A DNA stretch of 64,000 nt from Alphaproteobacteria bacterium (GCA_963667785.2 CAXXMU010000006.1:512001-576000); one strand, 5' to 3'; shown: positions 38,986-49,584, counted from the stretch's first letter. Notes: generated by a model not told the origin, from the letters alone. Made by a program: numbers and translations.

Positions 38986-39804
38986 TCAGACCAGCCCGGC
39001 GGCGCGGACGGCGGCCATGTAGGTGCGGCTCACCGGCACCTCGTGGCCGCCGGTGAGCCTGAGCACCGTGCGGCCGTGCCGGCGCGCGGCGCTCGCCACG
39101 TGGCGGCGCGCGACCCAGTAGGAGCGGTGCACCCGGAGGCCGTCGGTGCCGTCGAGCTCGGCGACGGCATCGACGAAGCGCATGAGCACGAGCGTCGAGC
39201 CTGCAGTGGTGACCGCTTCGACATAGTGGTCGGCGGTCTTGAGATAGACGAGGTCGCGGCCGAGCTTTTCCGGCAGGCGATCGAGGAATCGCGCGCCGGG
39301 CGCCGGACCGGAGCGGTGCTCGGACTCCCCTTCTCCCGCCGGCGCGAAGCCGAGATCGGCCCCCGCTGCGGCCATCCGGCGGCGCGCCTCGATAACGGCG
39401 ACGACCGACAGGCCGATCACCAGCATCAGCACCGCCACCGAGAGGTAGATCGTCGGCACGCCGATCGGCTCGGTGTAGCCCGGCCGGAAGAGCGCCTCGG
39501 CGCCGTAGACGACCCCGGTGCCGGGCGCGGCGGCGACCGGCGCCGTGGCTGCTGCCACCAGCACCCGTCTGCGCATGGCGATGCCGCCCACGGTGACCAG
39601 CGCCAGCATCATCATGCCGCCGCAGACGAGCCAGTTGCCGCCCATCGCGAGCGCCCAGTAGCCGATTCGGCCGCCCAGGCCGAGCGAATCGTAGGTGCCG
39701 AAGGGGCCGATGAAGGCGAACAGCAGGACCAGGCAGACGAGCGCCACCACCTGACCGGCCGCCGAGCGGCGCAACTCACGAAGCGTGAACGGCGAATCCT
39801 GCAA
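38986..39804 (-). CDS. Membrane-anchored LytTR-family DNA-binding protein
   Basis: Four TM segments (GPFGTY), then ADHYVE.....L.LMRF.DAV.EL....G.RVHRSYWV...VPVSR.Y. Confidence 0.88.
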   Translation of the reverse strand: MQDSPFTLRELRRSAAGQVVALVCLVLLFAFIGPFGTYDSLGLGGRIGYWALAMGGNWLVCGGMMMLALVTVGGIAMRRRVLVAAATAPVAAAPGTGVVYGAEALFRPGYTEPIGVPTIYLSVAVLMLVIGLSVVAVIEARRRMAAAGADLGFAPAGEGESEHRSGPAPGARFLDRLPEKLGRDLVYLKTADHYVEAVTTAGSTLVLMRFVDAVAELDGTDGLRVHRSYWVARRHVASAARRHGRTVLRLTGGHEVPVSRTYMAAVRAAGLV

Positions 39805-39903
39805 TTCGCGAATAATCCCGTGGCGTTCGCGTATCGGACGGTGACGCGCGGCGCGGGCCTGTCACCCTGCCCCGGTCAATCGAGCCCACTCTCAGGAGGA
39901 TAG

Positions 39904-40395
39904 GTGATGACAATAGGAACCGCATCAATCAAGGGCGCCGCACTGGCGGCCGCTTTCGCCTGCACCGCAGCCCTCGCGCTCCAGGCCGTGGCGGCCGATC
40001 TCGAGGTCCGCATCGAGGGGCTGAGCTCGGCCGATGGCGACGTCCGGGTCGCGCTGCACCGGCACATGCCGGAGGGCGATTTCCCCGGCGACAAGGGCGT
40101 GGTCGGCGCGATCATGCGCCCCGCCGCCGCCGGCACGCTCCGCGTCGTCTTCGCCGACGTGCCGGCCGGCGCCTACGCGGTCGCCGCCTTCCATGATGCC
40201 GACGGCGACGGCGAGCTGGCCCAGAACTTCCTCGGCATGCCGACGGAGGGCTACGGCTTCTCCAACGGCGCAGTCGGCTTCATGGGCCCGCCCAGCTTCG
40301 AGGACGCTGCGGTGAGCGTCGGCGAGAGCGATGCCGGCGTCCTGGTCTCGGTGCCGATCGCCTATCCCACGATCCACAGGGGGGAGCAGAAGTGA
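39904..40395 (+). CDS. DUF2141 domain exported protein
   Basis: Signal peptide; G.YAVA.FHD.DGDG.L..NFLGMPTEGYGFSN...GPPSF.DA. Confidence 0.9.
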   Translation: MMTIGTASIKGAALAAAFACTAALALQAVAADLEVRIEGLSSADGDVRVALHRHMPEGDFPGDKGVVGAIMRPAAAGTLRVVFADVPAGAYAVAAFHDADGDGELAQNFLGMPTEGYGFSNGAVGFMGPPSFEDAAVSVGESDAGVLVSVPIAYPTIHRGEQK

Positions 40396-41909
40396 TGTCA
40401 GGCACACTCTCCCGACGCGCGCTCCTGCAGGCGCTGGCCGGCCTGCCGGTCGCGCTGGCGGCCGGCAGGACGGCGGCGGCAGGCGAGAACGCGGCCGATC
40501 CGGCGCCGGCGCTCACGGCCGCGCAGCGGCGGCTCGGCTTCGCTTCCGCCCAGGCCGAGAGGCTGGAGGCGTCGCTCGCGACCATCGCCGGCCGCCTGCC
40601 TGCCGCTCTCACCGGCGTGCTCTGGCGCAACGGCCCGGCCGAGCACGAGCGCTTCGGCCACCGCTACGACCACTGGTTCGACGGCGACGGCATGATGCAG
40701 GCCTTCGCCTTCACGGGATCGGGCGTGACTCACCGCGCCCGCATCCTGGAGACGCCGAAGCGCAGGCGCGAGAGCGCGGCGGGCAGGCGCCTGCTGCCCA
40801 CCTTCGCCACCCTGCCGCCGGAGGTCGCGCCGATCATGGCGCCGGACGACATGAACAGCGCCAACACCTCCGTGCTCGCCCACGGCGGGCGGCTCATGGC
40901 GCTCTGGGAGGGGGGCTCGGCGCTCGCGGTCGACCCCGCGACGCTCGAGGCGGGCGAGTTCGTCGCCTGGCGGCCGGACCTCGCGGGCGCGCCCTTCTCG
41001 GCCCATCCCAAGGTCGAGGCCGACGGCACCTGCTGGAACATCGGCTGCGCCACGGGGCCCACGTCGATGCTGCTCTTCTATCGCATCGACCCCTCGGGCC
41101 GGCTCGCAGCGTTTAACGCCTGGCCCGAGGAGCCGCTCGGCATGGTGCACGACTACGTGGTGACCCGGCGCCACCTGGTGCTGGTGGTCTCGCCCTTCGT
41201 GATCGACCGCGAGCGCTTCGCCGCCGGCCCGGTCAGCTATCTGGACGCCCACGTCTGGCGGCCCGAGCTCGGCACCCGCGTGATCGTGGTGGAGAAGGAC
41301 ACGCTCGCCCCGGTGCGCCGTTACGAGCTTCCGCCGGGCTTCCACTTCCACCACGGCAACGGCTGGGAAGAGGCGGACGGCACCATCCACCTCGATCTCT
41401 GCCAGGCGGCGGACCCGATGTTCGCCATCCACGACCTGCGCGCCATCATGGAGGGCGACTGGAGCTTCCCCTCCGCCCACCCGCGCTACCACCGCATGGT
41501 GCTCAGGCCCGACGGGGCCGCGGCGGTCGAGCAGGTGGCTCCGGCGGTGGCGGACTTCCCCCGCATCGACGGGCGCCGCACCGGGCTCCGCCACCGCGCG
41601 GTCTTCGCGCTCACCGGCGCGGAAGACGGCGGCTGGCCGCTCTCGCGCGTCACCCGGCTCGATCCCGACCGGGGCGACGTCGACGGCTGGTCCTACCCCC
41701 GTCACCTGATCCCGGAGGAGCACGTGTTCGTGGCGCGCGGGGACGCGGACGGCGACGGCTGGCTGGTGGGGCCCTTCCTCGACCTGGAGCGCGGCGGCGC
41801 GGGCCTCAGCGTCTTCGATGCCCTCCAGCTTGCCGACGGGCCGCTCTGGCAGGGCGCCCTGCCCTACCCGCTCCCCCTCGGCCTGCACGGGTTCTTCGTG
41901 GCGTCGTGA
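40392..41909 (+). CDS. Carotenoid oxygenase/RPE65 family dioxygenase with Tat signal
   Basis: SRRALL Tat motif; RNGP, HWFDGDG, ANT, WEGG, FSAHPK, MVHD, FHHGN, FPRID, EHVF, LGLHG. Confidence 0.9.
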   Translation: MMSGTLSRRALLQALAGLPVALAAGRTAAAGENAADPAPALTAAQRRLGFASAQAERLEASLATIAGRLPAALTGVLWRNGPAEHERFGHRYDHWFDGDGMMQAFAFTGSGVTHRARILETPKRRRESAAGRRLLPTFATLPPEVAPIMAPDDMNSANTSVLAHGGRLMALWEGGSALAVDPATLEAGEFVAWRPDLAGAPFSAHPKVEADGTCWNIGCATGPTSMLLFYRIDPSGRLAAFNAWPEEPLGMVHDYVVTRRHLVLVVSPFVIDRERFAAGPVSYLDAHVWRPELGTRVIVVEKDTLAPVRRYELPPGFHFHHGNGWEEADGTIHLDLCQAADPMFAIHDLRAIMEGDWSFPSAHPRYHRMVLRPDGAAAVEQVAPAVADFPRIDGRRTGLRHRAVFALTGAEDGGWPLSRVTRLDPDRGDVDGWSYPRHLIPEEHVFVARGDADGDGWLVGPFLDLERGGAGLSVFDALQLADGPLWQGALPYPLPLGLHGFFVAS

Positions 41910-42030
41910 TTCGAGAACCCTGCAGCCGGCGATGCGTACGGGACGAGAGAAACCGGGCCGCAGGCCCGGACGGCGCGAACGCGCGTCGCATGTCCACGTG
42001 CGCGGGCGCACGATGCGCGAAGCTCGTAGC

Positions 42031-42264
42031 CTAGAGCAAATTCTGACCAGACGGGGGTCACGTCCGTTTGTCGCACGCTCCCCCGTTCGCATGCAGTGCG
42101 GCTGAAGACTCCCCCACCTCACCCCGGCCCTCTCCGCCCCCAGGGGCGGAGAGGGAGAGAAGGCCGCGCCGTCGCGTTCCCCCTCCGCCTTTGGGGGAGG
42201 GGGACAGGGGGAGGTGGGAGTCGTTGGGCCTGTCGTGACCCGGTATGGTCGGATAATGCTCTAG
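42031..42264 (-). mobile_element. CTAG-flanked MITE/REP composite, copy 3 (variant arm)
   Basis: Same REP core and GGATAATGCTCTAG end as the others; the other arm is CTAGAGCAAATTCTGACCAGACGGGGGTCACG. Confidence 0.85.
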
Positions 42265-42340
42265 CGAGCGTCGCGCGGATACGCGCGCGGGGGCGCGCGA
42301 TGCGAGCGCCCGGCGCCTGAGGGTTACGAAAAAGATCCGC

Positions 42341-43546
42341 TCAGAGCGCCGGGTCGGCCGACGGGAGGCCCATCAGCACACGGCCGTGGTTCGACGCGTT
42401 CACGTCCCAGTTCTGGGTGATGTGGCCGCGGATGCAGTTGAGGTCGCGCATCGCCCGCGAGATCGGGTTGCGGTCGTAGAGCCCGGCGCCGCCCGAGAGG
42501 TGGAAGAGCAGGTCCACCGCCTCGGCCGCGAGCTTGCCCGCCATGGTCGCCTTGGCGCGAAGCTCCGTCTTGAGCGGCATCGGCGCGATCTCGCCGCGCT
42601 CGGCCACCGCCATGCCGACGTCGCAGCAATGGTGCAGCAGGAGCCGGGCGGTCTCGATCGCGGTATGGGCCTCGGCGACCTTGACCTGCGCGGTGGAGTA
42701 GTCGGCCATGCTCTTGCCCGACATCCGGGCGACGCGATCACGGGTGCGCGCCACGAAGTCGTCGAGGGTGGCCTGGGCGACGCCCACCGCCACCGCGCTC
42801 TGGTTGATGGAGAACATGGCGAAGGCCGGCAGCTTGTAGAGCGCCGCGTCGTTCGCTGCACACCCCGGCGCATCGCCGCCGCCCTTGGTGGCGTCGATGG
42901 CGAGCGCCCGGCGGTCCGGCACGAAGATGTCGTCGACCGCGACGTCGGCGCTGCCGGTGCCGCGCAGGCCGGCGGTGTGCCAGGTGTCGATGATCTCGAA
43001 CTCGCCGAGCGGCACCGCGTGCATCTGGGCGCGCTTGGGCACGCCGTCCCCTTCCGTGAACGCCATGGCGATGAACCAGTCGGCGCCGTAGACGCCGCTC
43101 GCGAAGGGCCAGCGCCCGCTGATGCGCCAGCCGCCGTCCTCGCGCACCGCCCGGCCGCAGCTCGGGATCAGCACACCCGCCACCATGGCGTCCGGCGTTC
43201 CGCCCCAGATCTCGTCCTGACCGTCGGGCGGCCAGTAGCCGAGCAAGCAGTTGTGGGAGCAGTACTGGGTGAGGCACCAACCGGCGGCGCTGCAGGCGAC
43301 GGAGATGGCCTCCACGATATCGACCATGCCGGAGAAGTGCGCCTCGGCCCCACCGTGGCGGGCCGGCTGCAGGATGCGGTGGATGCCGGCCTCCCGCATG
43401 GCCTGCATGGTCTCGGGCGCGAGCCGGCGCTCGTCCTCGGTCGCGTCCGTGCGCGCGCGCACCGTATCCATCAGCCCCTCGGCGCGGGCGAGAAGGCCTT
43501 CCCGGGTTCTCGCCGTCACCGTGCCCGCGGCTGCCGTCTCGTTCAT
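42341..43546 (-). CDS. Acyl-CoA dehydrogenase-fold flavin-dependent monooxygenase (HsaA/HpaH-like)
   Basis: QPARHGG.E, SG.WPFASG, DTW...GLRGTGS, SGG..LY..NPI.R..RD....H. Confidence 0.85.
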   Translation of the reverse strand: MNETAAAGTVTARTREGLLARAEGLMDTVRARTDATEDERRLAPETMQAMREAGIHRILQPARHGGAEAHFSGMVDIVEAISVACSAAGWCLTQYCSHNCLLGYWPPDGQDEIWGGTPDAMVAGVLIPSCGRAVREDGGWRISGRWPFASGVYGADWFIAMAFTEGDGVPKRAQMHAVPLGEFEIIDTWHTAGLRGTGSADVAVDDIFVPDRRALAIDATKGGGDAPGCAANDAALYKLPAFAMFSINQSAVAVGVAQATLDDFVARTRDRVARMSGKSMADYSTAQVKVAEAHTAIETARLLLHHCCDVGMAVAERGEIAPMPLKTELRAKATMAGKLAAEAVDLLFHLSGGAGLYDRNPISRAMRDLNCIRGHITQNWDVNASNHGRVLMGLPSADPAL

Positions 43547-43551
43547 CGCAC

Positions 43552-44208
43552 TTACCCTTCCATCAGCACGTCGTGGGCCAGGTGGGCGGCTACCCGGTCC
43601 AGCCCCTCGCCGGTGCGGCAGTTGGTGAGCAGCACCGGCCGGCCGGCGCGCACCTCTTCGGCCTCCCGGCGCATGAGCGCGAGATCGACCCCCACATGGG
43701 GCGCGAGGTCCGACTTGTTGATGATGAGCAGGTCGGCCCGGATGATGCCGGGGCCCCGCTTGCGCGGGATGTCGCCGCCGCCCGAGACGTCGATCACGAA
43801 CAGCCAGTAGTCCACCAGATCGAGGGAGAAGGTGGAGGCGAGGTTGTCGCCGCCGCTCTCGATCAGGATGAGGTCGAGGGGGCGGTGCTGCACCTCCAGC
43901 AGGTCGGCCGCCTCGATGTTGAGCGTCGGGTCCTCGCGGATCACGGTGTGCGGACAGGCCCCGGCCTCGACGCCGACGACGCGCTCCGGCGGGATCAGGC
44001 CGCTCCGCTGCAGCCGCTCGGCGTCCTCCCGGGTCACCAGGTCGTTGGTGACGATGGCGAGCGAGGTGCTGCGCGCGGCGAAGAGCGGGAGCAGCCCCTC
44101 GATGAGCGCGGTCTTGCCCGAGCCCACCGGCCCGCCGATGCCGACGCGCGCCGCGCTCGGCGCCGTTTCCGCCAGGGCCTCCGTCACCGCCTCCGCCGTC
44201 TCGGCCAT
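43552..44208 (-). CDS. ureG: Urease accessory GTPase
   Basis: [48 protein letters not shown]. Confidence 0.93.
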   Translation of the reverse strand: MAETAEAVTEALAETAPSAARVGIGGPVGSGKTALIEGLLPLFAARSTSLAIVTNDLVTREDAERLQRSGLIPPERVVGVEAGACPHTVIREDPTLNIEAADLLEVQHRPLDLILIESGGDNLASTFSLDLVDYWLFVIDVSGGGDIPRKRGPGIIRADLLIINKSDLAPHVGVDLALMRREAEEVRAGRPVLLTNCRTGEGLDRVAAHLAHDVLMEG

Positions 44209-44666
44209 CAACCGCTCTCCACTTCGTCCACGAGGCGCGCCCTGCCGTCCTCGAGGTGCTGGGCGAGGCGCGCCAGATAGCTCTCGCGCGGGCCGTCCAG
44301 CGCCACCTTGAGCAGCGTGCCCTCGAAGCGCACCCGCCAGTGCAGATTGCCGCAGAAATAGCCGAGTTCGAGCGCCGCCGCCATGTCCCGAGGGCCGAGC
44401 GCGAGCCACACGGTCTCGCGCATGCGGACGACGACGGCACGGCCGTCCTCCAGCAGCAGCACCGCGCCGTTGGCGAGGCGCTCGGAGCGCGCCAGGGCGA
44501 TCGCGCAGTCGGTCCCCTTGTCGGTCGCGACGCGCAGCCGCTTGCGCGCGGTGTCGGCCGCATCGAGGGTGATGGTCTCGACCAGGCCGTCATGCTCGAG
44601 CGCGTGGAGGCGCTCGGCGACGGTCGCGTCGGTCGCGTTGCCGACGATCCGGGTGAGCCGCAGCAT
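44208..44666 (-). CDS. ureE: Urease accessory metallochaperone
   Basis: [11 protein letters not shown]....IAL.R...L..G.VL; [10 protein letters not shown]. Confidence 0.8.
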   Translation of the reverse strand: MLRLTRIVGNATDATVAERLHALEHDGLVETITLDAADTARKRLRVATDKGTDCAIALARSERLANGAVLLLEDGRAVVVRMRETVWLALGPRDMAAALELGYFCGNLHWRVRFEGTLLKVALDGPRESYLARLAQHLEDGRARLVDEVESG

Positions 44667-44802
44667 GGGCGAGAGCTTAACCCGGAAGTCTCGCCGAGGT
44701 CATGAGCGGCACGCGACGCGGGCCGTGACCGTGGCGAGACATTCGGGCTATGGTCCGCGCCGGCCGCAGGCGGTGCGGTGGTCGAGACAGGCGGAGAGGG
44801 CG

Positions 44803-45726
44803 ATGGCTGACGAAGCGAAGAGCGCCGGGCGGCTGGAACGCGTGTTGCGCGAGCGCGCCTTCGCCATCACGGCCGAGACCGGGCCGCCCGATTCCGTCGA
44901 CCCGGCGGACGTTCTGGCCCGGGCGGGATGCCTCAAGGGGCTCGTCGATGCCGTCAACGTGCTCGACGGTGCCGGCGCACGGGCCCATCTCTCGCCGCTC
45001 GCGACCGCCGCGATCCTCGCCCAGGCCGGCATCGAGCCGGTGCTCCAGTTCACCATGCGCGACCGCAACCGCCTCGCGCTGCAGGCCGACGTGCTGGGAG
45101 CGGCGGCGCTCGGCGTGCACAGCCTGCTCTGCCTCACCGGCGATTCGGTGGAGGCGGGCGACCAGCCGGAGGCGAAGCCAGTCTTCGATCTCAAGTCCAA
45201 CGAGTTCATGGCGACCGTCCGCGCCATGCGCGACGAGGGGGTCCTGCCCGGCGGGCGGCGGCTCGCCGCAGCGCCGAGGCTCCTGATCGGCGGTGCCGAT
45301 GCGCCACGCGAGCCCGAGGCCGGCAGCGAGCCCTCGAGCCTTCAGGCCAAGATCGAGGCCGGGGCGGACTTCTTCCAGACCCAGTTCTGCTTCGACATGG
45401 CGATGCTCGGGCGCTACCTCGCCTGGCTCGGCGATTTCGGCATACCGGAACGCACCGCCATCATCGTCGGCATCGGGCCGCTGAAGTCGGCACGCTCGGC
45501 ACGCTGGATGAACGAGAACCTCTTCGGCGTGCACATCCCCGACGCCGTCATCGCCCGCCTCGACGGCGCCGACGACCAGCGCGCAGAGGGGATCCGCATC
45601 TGCGTGGAGCTGATCGAGGAGCTGCGCGGCATGGAGGGGGTCGCTGGCGCACACCTGATGGCGCCGCGCGGCGAGCAGGCGATCGCCGAGGCCATTGCCG
45701 AAGCGGAGATCGGCCGGCGCGACTGA
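44803..45726 (+). CDS. metF: Methylenetetrahydrofolate reductase
   Basis: TAE..PP, RDRNRLALQ, CLTGD, KIEAGADFFQTQFCFD, G.HLM. Confidence 0.88.
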   Translation: MADEAKSAGRLERVLRERAFAITAETGPPDSVDPADVLARAGCLKGLVDAVNVLDGAGARAHLSPLATAAILAQAGIEPVLQFTMRDRNRLALQADVLGAAALGVHSLLCLTGDSVEAGDQPEAKPVFDLKSNEFMATVRAMRDEGVLPGGRRLAAAPRLLIGGADAPREPEAGSEPSSLQAKIEAGADFFQTQFCFDMAMLGRYLAWLGDFGIPERTAIIVGIGPLKSARSARWMNENLFGVHIPDAVIARLDGADDQRAEGIRICVELIEELRGMEGVAGAHLMAPRGEQAIAEAIAEAEIGRRD

Positions 45727-45751
45727 ACCGGCGCCGGGTCCGCGCCCGGTG

Positions 45752-47167
45752 TCAGGAGCGGGCGCTGACCGCGGGATCGAAGTCGGGATCGAGGCCCCGG
45801 ATCATGACGCAGGGCATCGGCGCCGCGCGGAGCGTCTTGCACGCCCGGTTGGCGTCGTTCTTGTAGAGCCCCAGGAACTGCGCCTTGTAGTGGGTGCCGC
45901 TGCCCTCCTGGCTGGGCGCGAGCATCGGCGTCGCGTCGTTGAGGACCGGTGCGCGGGCGGAGGCGCGGCGCATGGCGATCTCCGCCGCTGTGACGGACGA
46001 GTAGGAGCCGACCTCGATGCCCCAGGGGCGGTCGGCCGCCGGCGCAGCGTACGCCTCCGATCCGATGCCGAAGTCCACCGATGACGCAGGTGCCGGCGGC
46101 GCGTCAGGTTCTGGCGACGCGGCCGACGGCTTGGGCGGCGATGGCGCCGGCGGCTGCGGGCCGGCGGCGACCTCGACCGGCTCGACCAGAGTGCGCAGTG
46201 GGGCTGAGGGCGTCTCGGCCGCCGGGGCGGGCGAAGCGACCGCAACGCTGACTGCTGCCGGCTTGAACCTGGGCATCGGCGCCGCCAGGCCGGAGCCGGA
46301 CGGCGGACGCGGAACGCCCGCGACCAGCAGGCGGCTGCTCGGCGGGCGACGCTCCGCGAGCCGCGTGAAGCCGAGATCGAGGAGGTTGACCATGTGGTTG
46401 TTGCGAGAGCGCGACGTCTTGCCGCCGAAGACCACGGCGATGATGCGCCGGCCGTCGCGCTCCGCCGATGCCACGAGATTGAAGCCCGAGGCGCGGATAT
46501 AGCCGGTCTTTATGCCGTCGAGACCGCGATACTGGCCGAGCAGCCGGTTCGGCGAGCGATGGTTCTTCCCCGCATAGCGGAAGCGCCGGTCGTCGAAATA
46601 GTGGTAGCGGTGCGGGAAGTCCCGCATCAGAGCACGGGCGAGGCGCGCCATGTCCCGCGCCGTGCTGCGCTGCGCCCTGTTCGGTAGGCCGGAGGCGTTG
46701 CGGAAGGTGGTCCGGGACATGCCGAGCGCGCGGGCCTTGGCGGTCATCTTCTCGGCGAACTTGCGCTCCGTCCCACCCAGGTGCTCGGCGACCACCACGG
46801 CGACGTCGTTGGCGGACTTGACGACCAGTGCGCGGATCGCCTGCTCCACGGTGACCGTCGACCCGGCGGCCACCCCGAGCTTGGAGGCGGGTTGCCGCGC
46901 GGCGCGCTTCGAGACAGTCATCTTGGAGCCGAGGCCGAGGCGCCCGTTGTCGATCGCCTCGAACAGCATGTAGAGGGTCATCATCTTGGTGAGCGACGCT
47001 GGATAGCGGCGCACATCGGCGTTGCGCGAGCGCAGGACCTCGCCCGTGTCGGCATCGATGACGATGGAGGCGTAGCGCGCCTGTGCCGGCTCGGCGGCGA
47101 AAAGCTGCGCCGCGCCGAGGACGCAGAGGGCGAGAACGAGACCGAGAACGATCGAGCCTGGCCGCAT
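45752..47167 (-). CDS. D-alanyl-D-alanine carboxypeptidase (S11) with C-terminal SPOR-like domain
   Basis: PASLTKMMT (SxxK), SAND, DGIKTGY. Confidence 0.92.
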   Translation of the reverse strand: MRPGSIVLGLVLALCVLGAAQLFAAEPAQARYASIVIDADTGEVLRSRNADVRRYPASLTKMMTLYMLFEAIDNGRLGLGSKMTVSKRAARQPASKLGVAAGSTVTVEQAIRALVVKSANDVAVVVAEHLGGTERKFAEKMTAKARALGMSRTTFRNASGLPNRAQRSTARDMARLARALMRDFPHRYHYFDDRRFRYAGKNHRSPNRLLGQYRGLDGIKTGYIRASGFNLVASAERDGRRIIAVVFGGKTSRSRNNHMVNLLDLGFTRLAERRPPSSRLLVAGVPRPPSGSGLAAPMPRFKPAAVSVAVASPAPAAETPSAPLRTLVEPVEVAAGPQPPAPSPPKPSAASPEPDAPPAPASSVDFGIGSEAYAAPAADRPWGIEVGSYSSVTAAEIAMRRASARAPVLNDATPMLAPSQEGSGTHYKAQFLGLYKNDANRACKTLRAAPMPCVMIRGLDPDFDPAVSARS

Positions 47168-47338
47168 GGACCGCGTATCCCGCCCCTCTTCCACGTCCGC
47201 TCCGGCAACGAAAACGAATCGAGCCGGAATCTCTTATCGGTCCAAAGCGGCGCGTCCGTCAAGCATGACGGGTCTGGAAGTGGTTGATTCTGCGTTATCT
47301 CTGCGCGGAGCGCGCGCCGGTCCGGGTGCTTCGGCCTC

Positions 47339-48736
47339 TCAGAAATCGGGCAGCGCCACGTCGCTCAACCGAAGCTGGGCCGCGAGTTCGGCCTTCAGGC
47401 GCGCGAGCGCGGCGGCGTCTCGGGCCTCGCAGCGCGCGACCAGCATGGGCTGGGTGTTGGAGGCGCGCAGCAGCCACCAGCCGTCCGCGCTCTCGGCCCT
47501 GACGCCGTCGATGCCGGTGAACGGCAGGCCCGCGGCCTTCAGCCGGGCGGCAACCTCGTCGGCGACCTGGAACTTGCGCCCGTGCGGACAGGGGAAGCGA
47601 ATCTCGGGCGTGCTCGCGGGACGCGGGAGCTCGGCCCCGAGCGCCGCCAGCGAACGCCCCTCGCCCGCGATCAGGCGCAGCAGCCTGAGGGCCGCATAGA
47701 GCGCGTCGTCGAAGCCGTAATAGCGGTCGGCGAAGAAGATGTGGCCGCTCATCTCGCCGGCCAGCGGCGCGCCGACCTCGGCCATCTTCGCCTTGATCAG
47801 CGAGTGCCCCGTGCGCCACATCAAGGGCTCGCCGCCGAGCCGGGCGATCTCGTCGAACAGGACCCGGCTCGCCTTCACGTCGCCGATGACGGTGGCACCC
47901 GGCATCTCGCGCAGCACCTCGCGCGCGAGCAGGGCCACGATCCGATCGCCCCAGAGGATCTCGCCCGTTCCGTCCACCACCCCGATCCGGTCGCCGTCGC
48001 CGTCGAACGCGACGCCGAGATCGCAGGGCTCGGCCCGCACCGTCTCCATGAGCTGCGCCAGATTGCCGGCCACCGTGGGATCCGGGTGATGGGCGGGAAA
48101 GGTCCCGTCGACCGTCGCGTTGAGCAGGATGTGGCGGCCCGGAAGGCGCTCCACGAGCGCTGCGAGCACCGCGCCGGCCGCGCCGTTGCCCGCGTCCCAG
48201 GCCACCGTGAACGCATCGTCGCAGGCCTCGCGGAGGAGGCGCGCGACATAGGCGGGTGCGATGTCGTCCTGCGTCACCCGGCCGGCGCCCTCGGCGAACG
48301 CGCCGGCGGCGACGGTGCGCGCCAGCGCCCCGATGTCCTCGCCGTGGAAAGGCTTGCCGCCCAGCACCATCTTGATGCCGTTGTAGGCGGGCGGATTGTG
48401 CGAGCCCGTGACCATCATCCCGCCTGTGGCCCGGCGCTCGTGCACCGCGAAGTAGAGCATCGGCGTGGGCCCGAGGCCGATGCGCAGCACGTCGGCGCCG
48501 GCCGCAACCAGGCCCTCGACCAGACGCGCTTCGAGAGCCGGCGAGTCGAGCCGGCCGTCGCGCCCAACGCAGATCAACGGCGCCTCCCCGGCCGGCGCCC
48601 GCGTCCGCGCGCGGGCGATGGTGGCGAAGCCCCGGCCGATGGCCTCCATGTCGGCACCGGTCAGCGTCTCGCCGACGATCCCCCTGATGTCGTAAGCGCC
48701 GAGAACCGTCGCATCCAGAACACGGCCCCGGGTCAT
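47339..48736 (-). CDS. Phosphomannomutase/phosphoglucomutase
   Basis: YDIRG, TGSHNP, FDGDGDR, GEMSGH, RASNT. Confidence 0.95.
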   Translation of the reverse strand: MTRGRVLDATVLGAYDIRGIVGETLTGADMEAIGRGFATIARARTRAPAGEAPLICVGRDGRLDSPALEARLVEGLVAAGADVLRIGLGPTPMLYFAVHERRATGGMMVTGSHNPPAYNGIKMVLGGKPFHGEDIGALARTVAAGAFAEGAGRVTQDDIAPAYVARLLREACDDAFTVAWDAGNGAAGAVLAALVERLPGRHILLNATVDGTFPAHHPDPTVAGNLAQLMETVRAEPCDLGVAFDGDGDRIGVVDGTGEILWGDRIVALLAREVLREMPGATVIGDVKASRVLFDEIARLGGEPLMWRTGHSLIKAKMAEVGAPLAGEMSGHIFFADRYYGFDDALYAALRLLRLIAGEGRSLAALGAELPRPASTPEIRFPCPHGRKFQVADEVAARLKAAGLPFTGIDGVRAESADGWWLLRASNTQPMLVARCEARDAAALARLKAELAAQLRLSDVALPDF

Positions 48737-48816
48737 GGCGAGGCCGACCCTTCCGGCGCGCAGGCCGTCGCCGCCCGAAGAAGCCCGGCCTTCCTCACGG
48801 GTCTCGCCATGCCGGA

Positions 48817-49584
48817 CTAGCCGCCGAGCAGCAGCTCCTTCGCCTGGTTGATCTTGGCCGCGAGATAGTTGGAGCCGCCGTGGTCGGGGTGCAGCTTGCG
48901 CATGAGGGTGCGGTGAGCCTCCTTGATCTCGTCCTCGCCGGCGCCGGGGCTCAGGCCGAGGATCTCGTAGGCCTCCTCGCGGGTCATCGGCGTGCGGCCG
49001 GCGCTCTTGCTCCGGCTGCTCCTGCGTCCCCAGCCCTGGCCGGTGGAGCCGCCCGCGTCGGCGCCTTGGGTGCGCTCGCTCTCCGCTCCCGCCTCGGCGC
49101 GCTCGCGCCAGTCGGGACCGAGGGTGCGGTCGAGATAGGCCTCGAGCAGGCGCCGGCCCTCGTCGTCCCTCAGGCTGCACTCGCCGAGCAGGTCGAGGAG
49201 CTGGGGCTCCGAGAGCTCGTCGAGGCGGCGGCCGGCGTAGCGCCCCTGCAGCACCGAGCCCTCCATCTCGCCGCTGTCGTGGTCGAGGGTCATGCGCAGG
49301 TAGGGAGTCTCGATATCCGAGCGCTGGCCCGCCGTGGGGTTGGGATTGAACCGGCCCCGGGCCATGCGGCTCATCAGCCAGGGCAGGCCGGTGATCGCGA
49401 GCGGCAGGAAGGCGAGCTGCGCCTTTCCGGTCACGCTGAGAAAGATCGTGGCCGCGGCGCCGGCGGCGATGAAACCCCACTTGAACCACTTGGCGAGGCT
49501 CGACGGATTGGCCGTGGCGAACCAGCGGGTGAGCAGCACCACCAGGACCAGGAGCGCGAGCCCGAGAAGGACGTAGGCGACCAT
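48817..49584 (-). CDS. Membrane protein with C-terminal DnaJ domain
   Basis: N-terminal TMs, M.LDHDSG...G, MT.EEAY.ILGL...HPD.GGS.YLAAKIN.AK. Confidence 0.9.
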   Translation of the reverse strand: MVAYVLLGLALLVLVVLLTRWFATANPSSLAKWFKWGFIAAGAAATIFLSVTGKAQLAFLPLAITGLPWLMSRMARGRFNPNPTAGQRSDIETPYLRMTLDHDSGEMEGSVLQGRYAGRRLDELSEPQLLDLLGECSLRDDEGRRLLEAYLDRTLGPDWRERAEAGAESERTQGADAGGSTGQGWGRRSSRSKSAGRTPMTREEAYEILGLSPGAGEDEIKEAHRTLMRKLHPDHGGSNYLAAKINQAKELLLGG

